From: Candidatus Limnocylindrales bacterium
GTDB taxonomy: Bacteria > Chloroflexota > Limnocylindria > Limnocylindrales > CSP1-4
DNA: 52,445 nt
Direction of reading: 5' to 3'
Assembly: GCA_039925225.1 (NCBI GenBank)
Contig: JBDSZH010000050.1
Location: 1 to 52,445, forward strand
A program made the position numbers and the translations under genes. Each line of letters opens with the position of its first letter. Position 1 is the first letter of the stretch. The notes under the pieces are model-generated. The model was not told the DNA's origin and did not search any database. It saw only the letters and a list, made by a program, of their open reading frames with translations. Positions 52,396 to 52,445 of the stretch are shown here, piece by piece.

Positions 52396-52445
52396 GCCGC
52401 CACATGCTAGCGGCGGATCTCACATCGACTCGGGCTCGGCCTCCC

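Overview
This is a very GC-rich bacterial chromosomal window. Third codon positions are almost all G/C, and the gene content looks Actinomycetota-like or from another high-GC Terrabacteria lineage; the lineage cannot be fixed without a search. It is densely coding, with about 50 genes, many joined by 4-nt start/stop overlaps (ATGA, GTGA, TTGA). All product calls come from motifs I recognise in the supplied translations, not from a database search.

Gene content from left to right:
- galE and a UMF1-type MFS transporter.
- A glucosylglycerate-type locus: a GT-A glycosyltransferase, a USP-USP-GpgS fusion and glycerate kinase.
- A vapBC-type toxin-antitoxin pair overlapping an endonuclease III-like gene.
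- A two-component system followed by an orphan TadE/TadE/TadG pseudopilin-like trio.
- An extracytoplasmic redox cluster: CvpA, a DipZ-like CcdA-thioredoxin fusion, and a DM13-like lipoprotein.
- tRNA-Thr(CGU).
- Two large paralogous STAND ATPase/TPR genes. One is a LuxR-type LAL regulator and the other carries a zinc ribbon and a class III nucleotide cyclase. A degenerate second copy of the tRNA lies between them.
- Envelope enzymes: an SGNH hydrolase, a CapA-like protein, a VanY-type M15 peptidase and an FGE/SUMF1-like protein.
- Zur-ZIP, a VOC protein, an AI-2E transporter and a YCII plus long-ECF sigma pair.
- A split NHEJ set (LigD-polymerase and an ATP-dependent ligase) with no Ku gene.
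- A methyltransferase and ribosomal protein L25/Ctc.
- An mprAB-pepD-like module.
- folB-folP-folC, preceded by a coupled Cys-containing ORF.
- An Ig-like membrane protein and a zinc-ribbon ORF.
- A PASTA Ser/Thr kinase, galU, an alpha/beta hydrolase and an EamA transporter.

No rRNA, CRISPR array, transposase or integrase is visible.

The items most worth a second look:
1. The 43-50 bp duplicate of the tRNA-Thr 3' half, which brackets a 3.6-kb LAL-regulator segment next to a paralogous cyclase-STAND gene.
2. The orphan Tad-like trio, whose first member carries a PASTA-like, Cys-bracketed C-terminal module also found at the tail of the PASTA kinase.
3. The USP-fused GpgS locus.
4. The Cys-rich ORF coupled to folC and its possible relative two genes away.
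5. A recurrent leaderless promoter layout: TANNNT 6-7 nt before the start codon at 11 or more genes.
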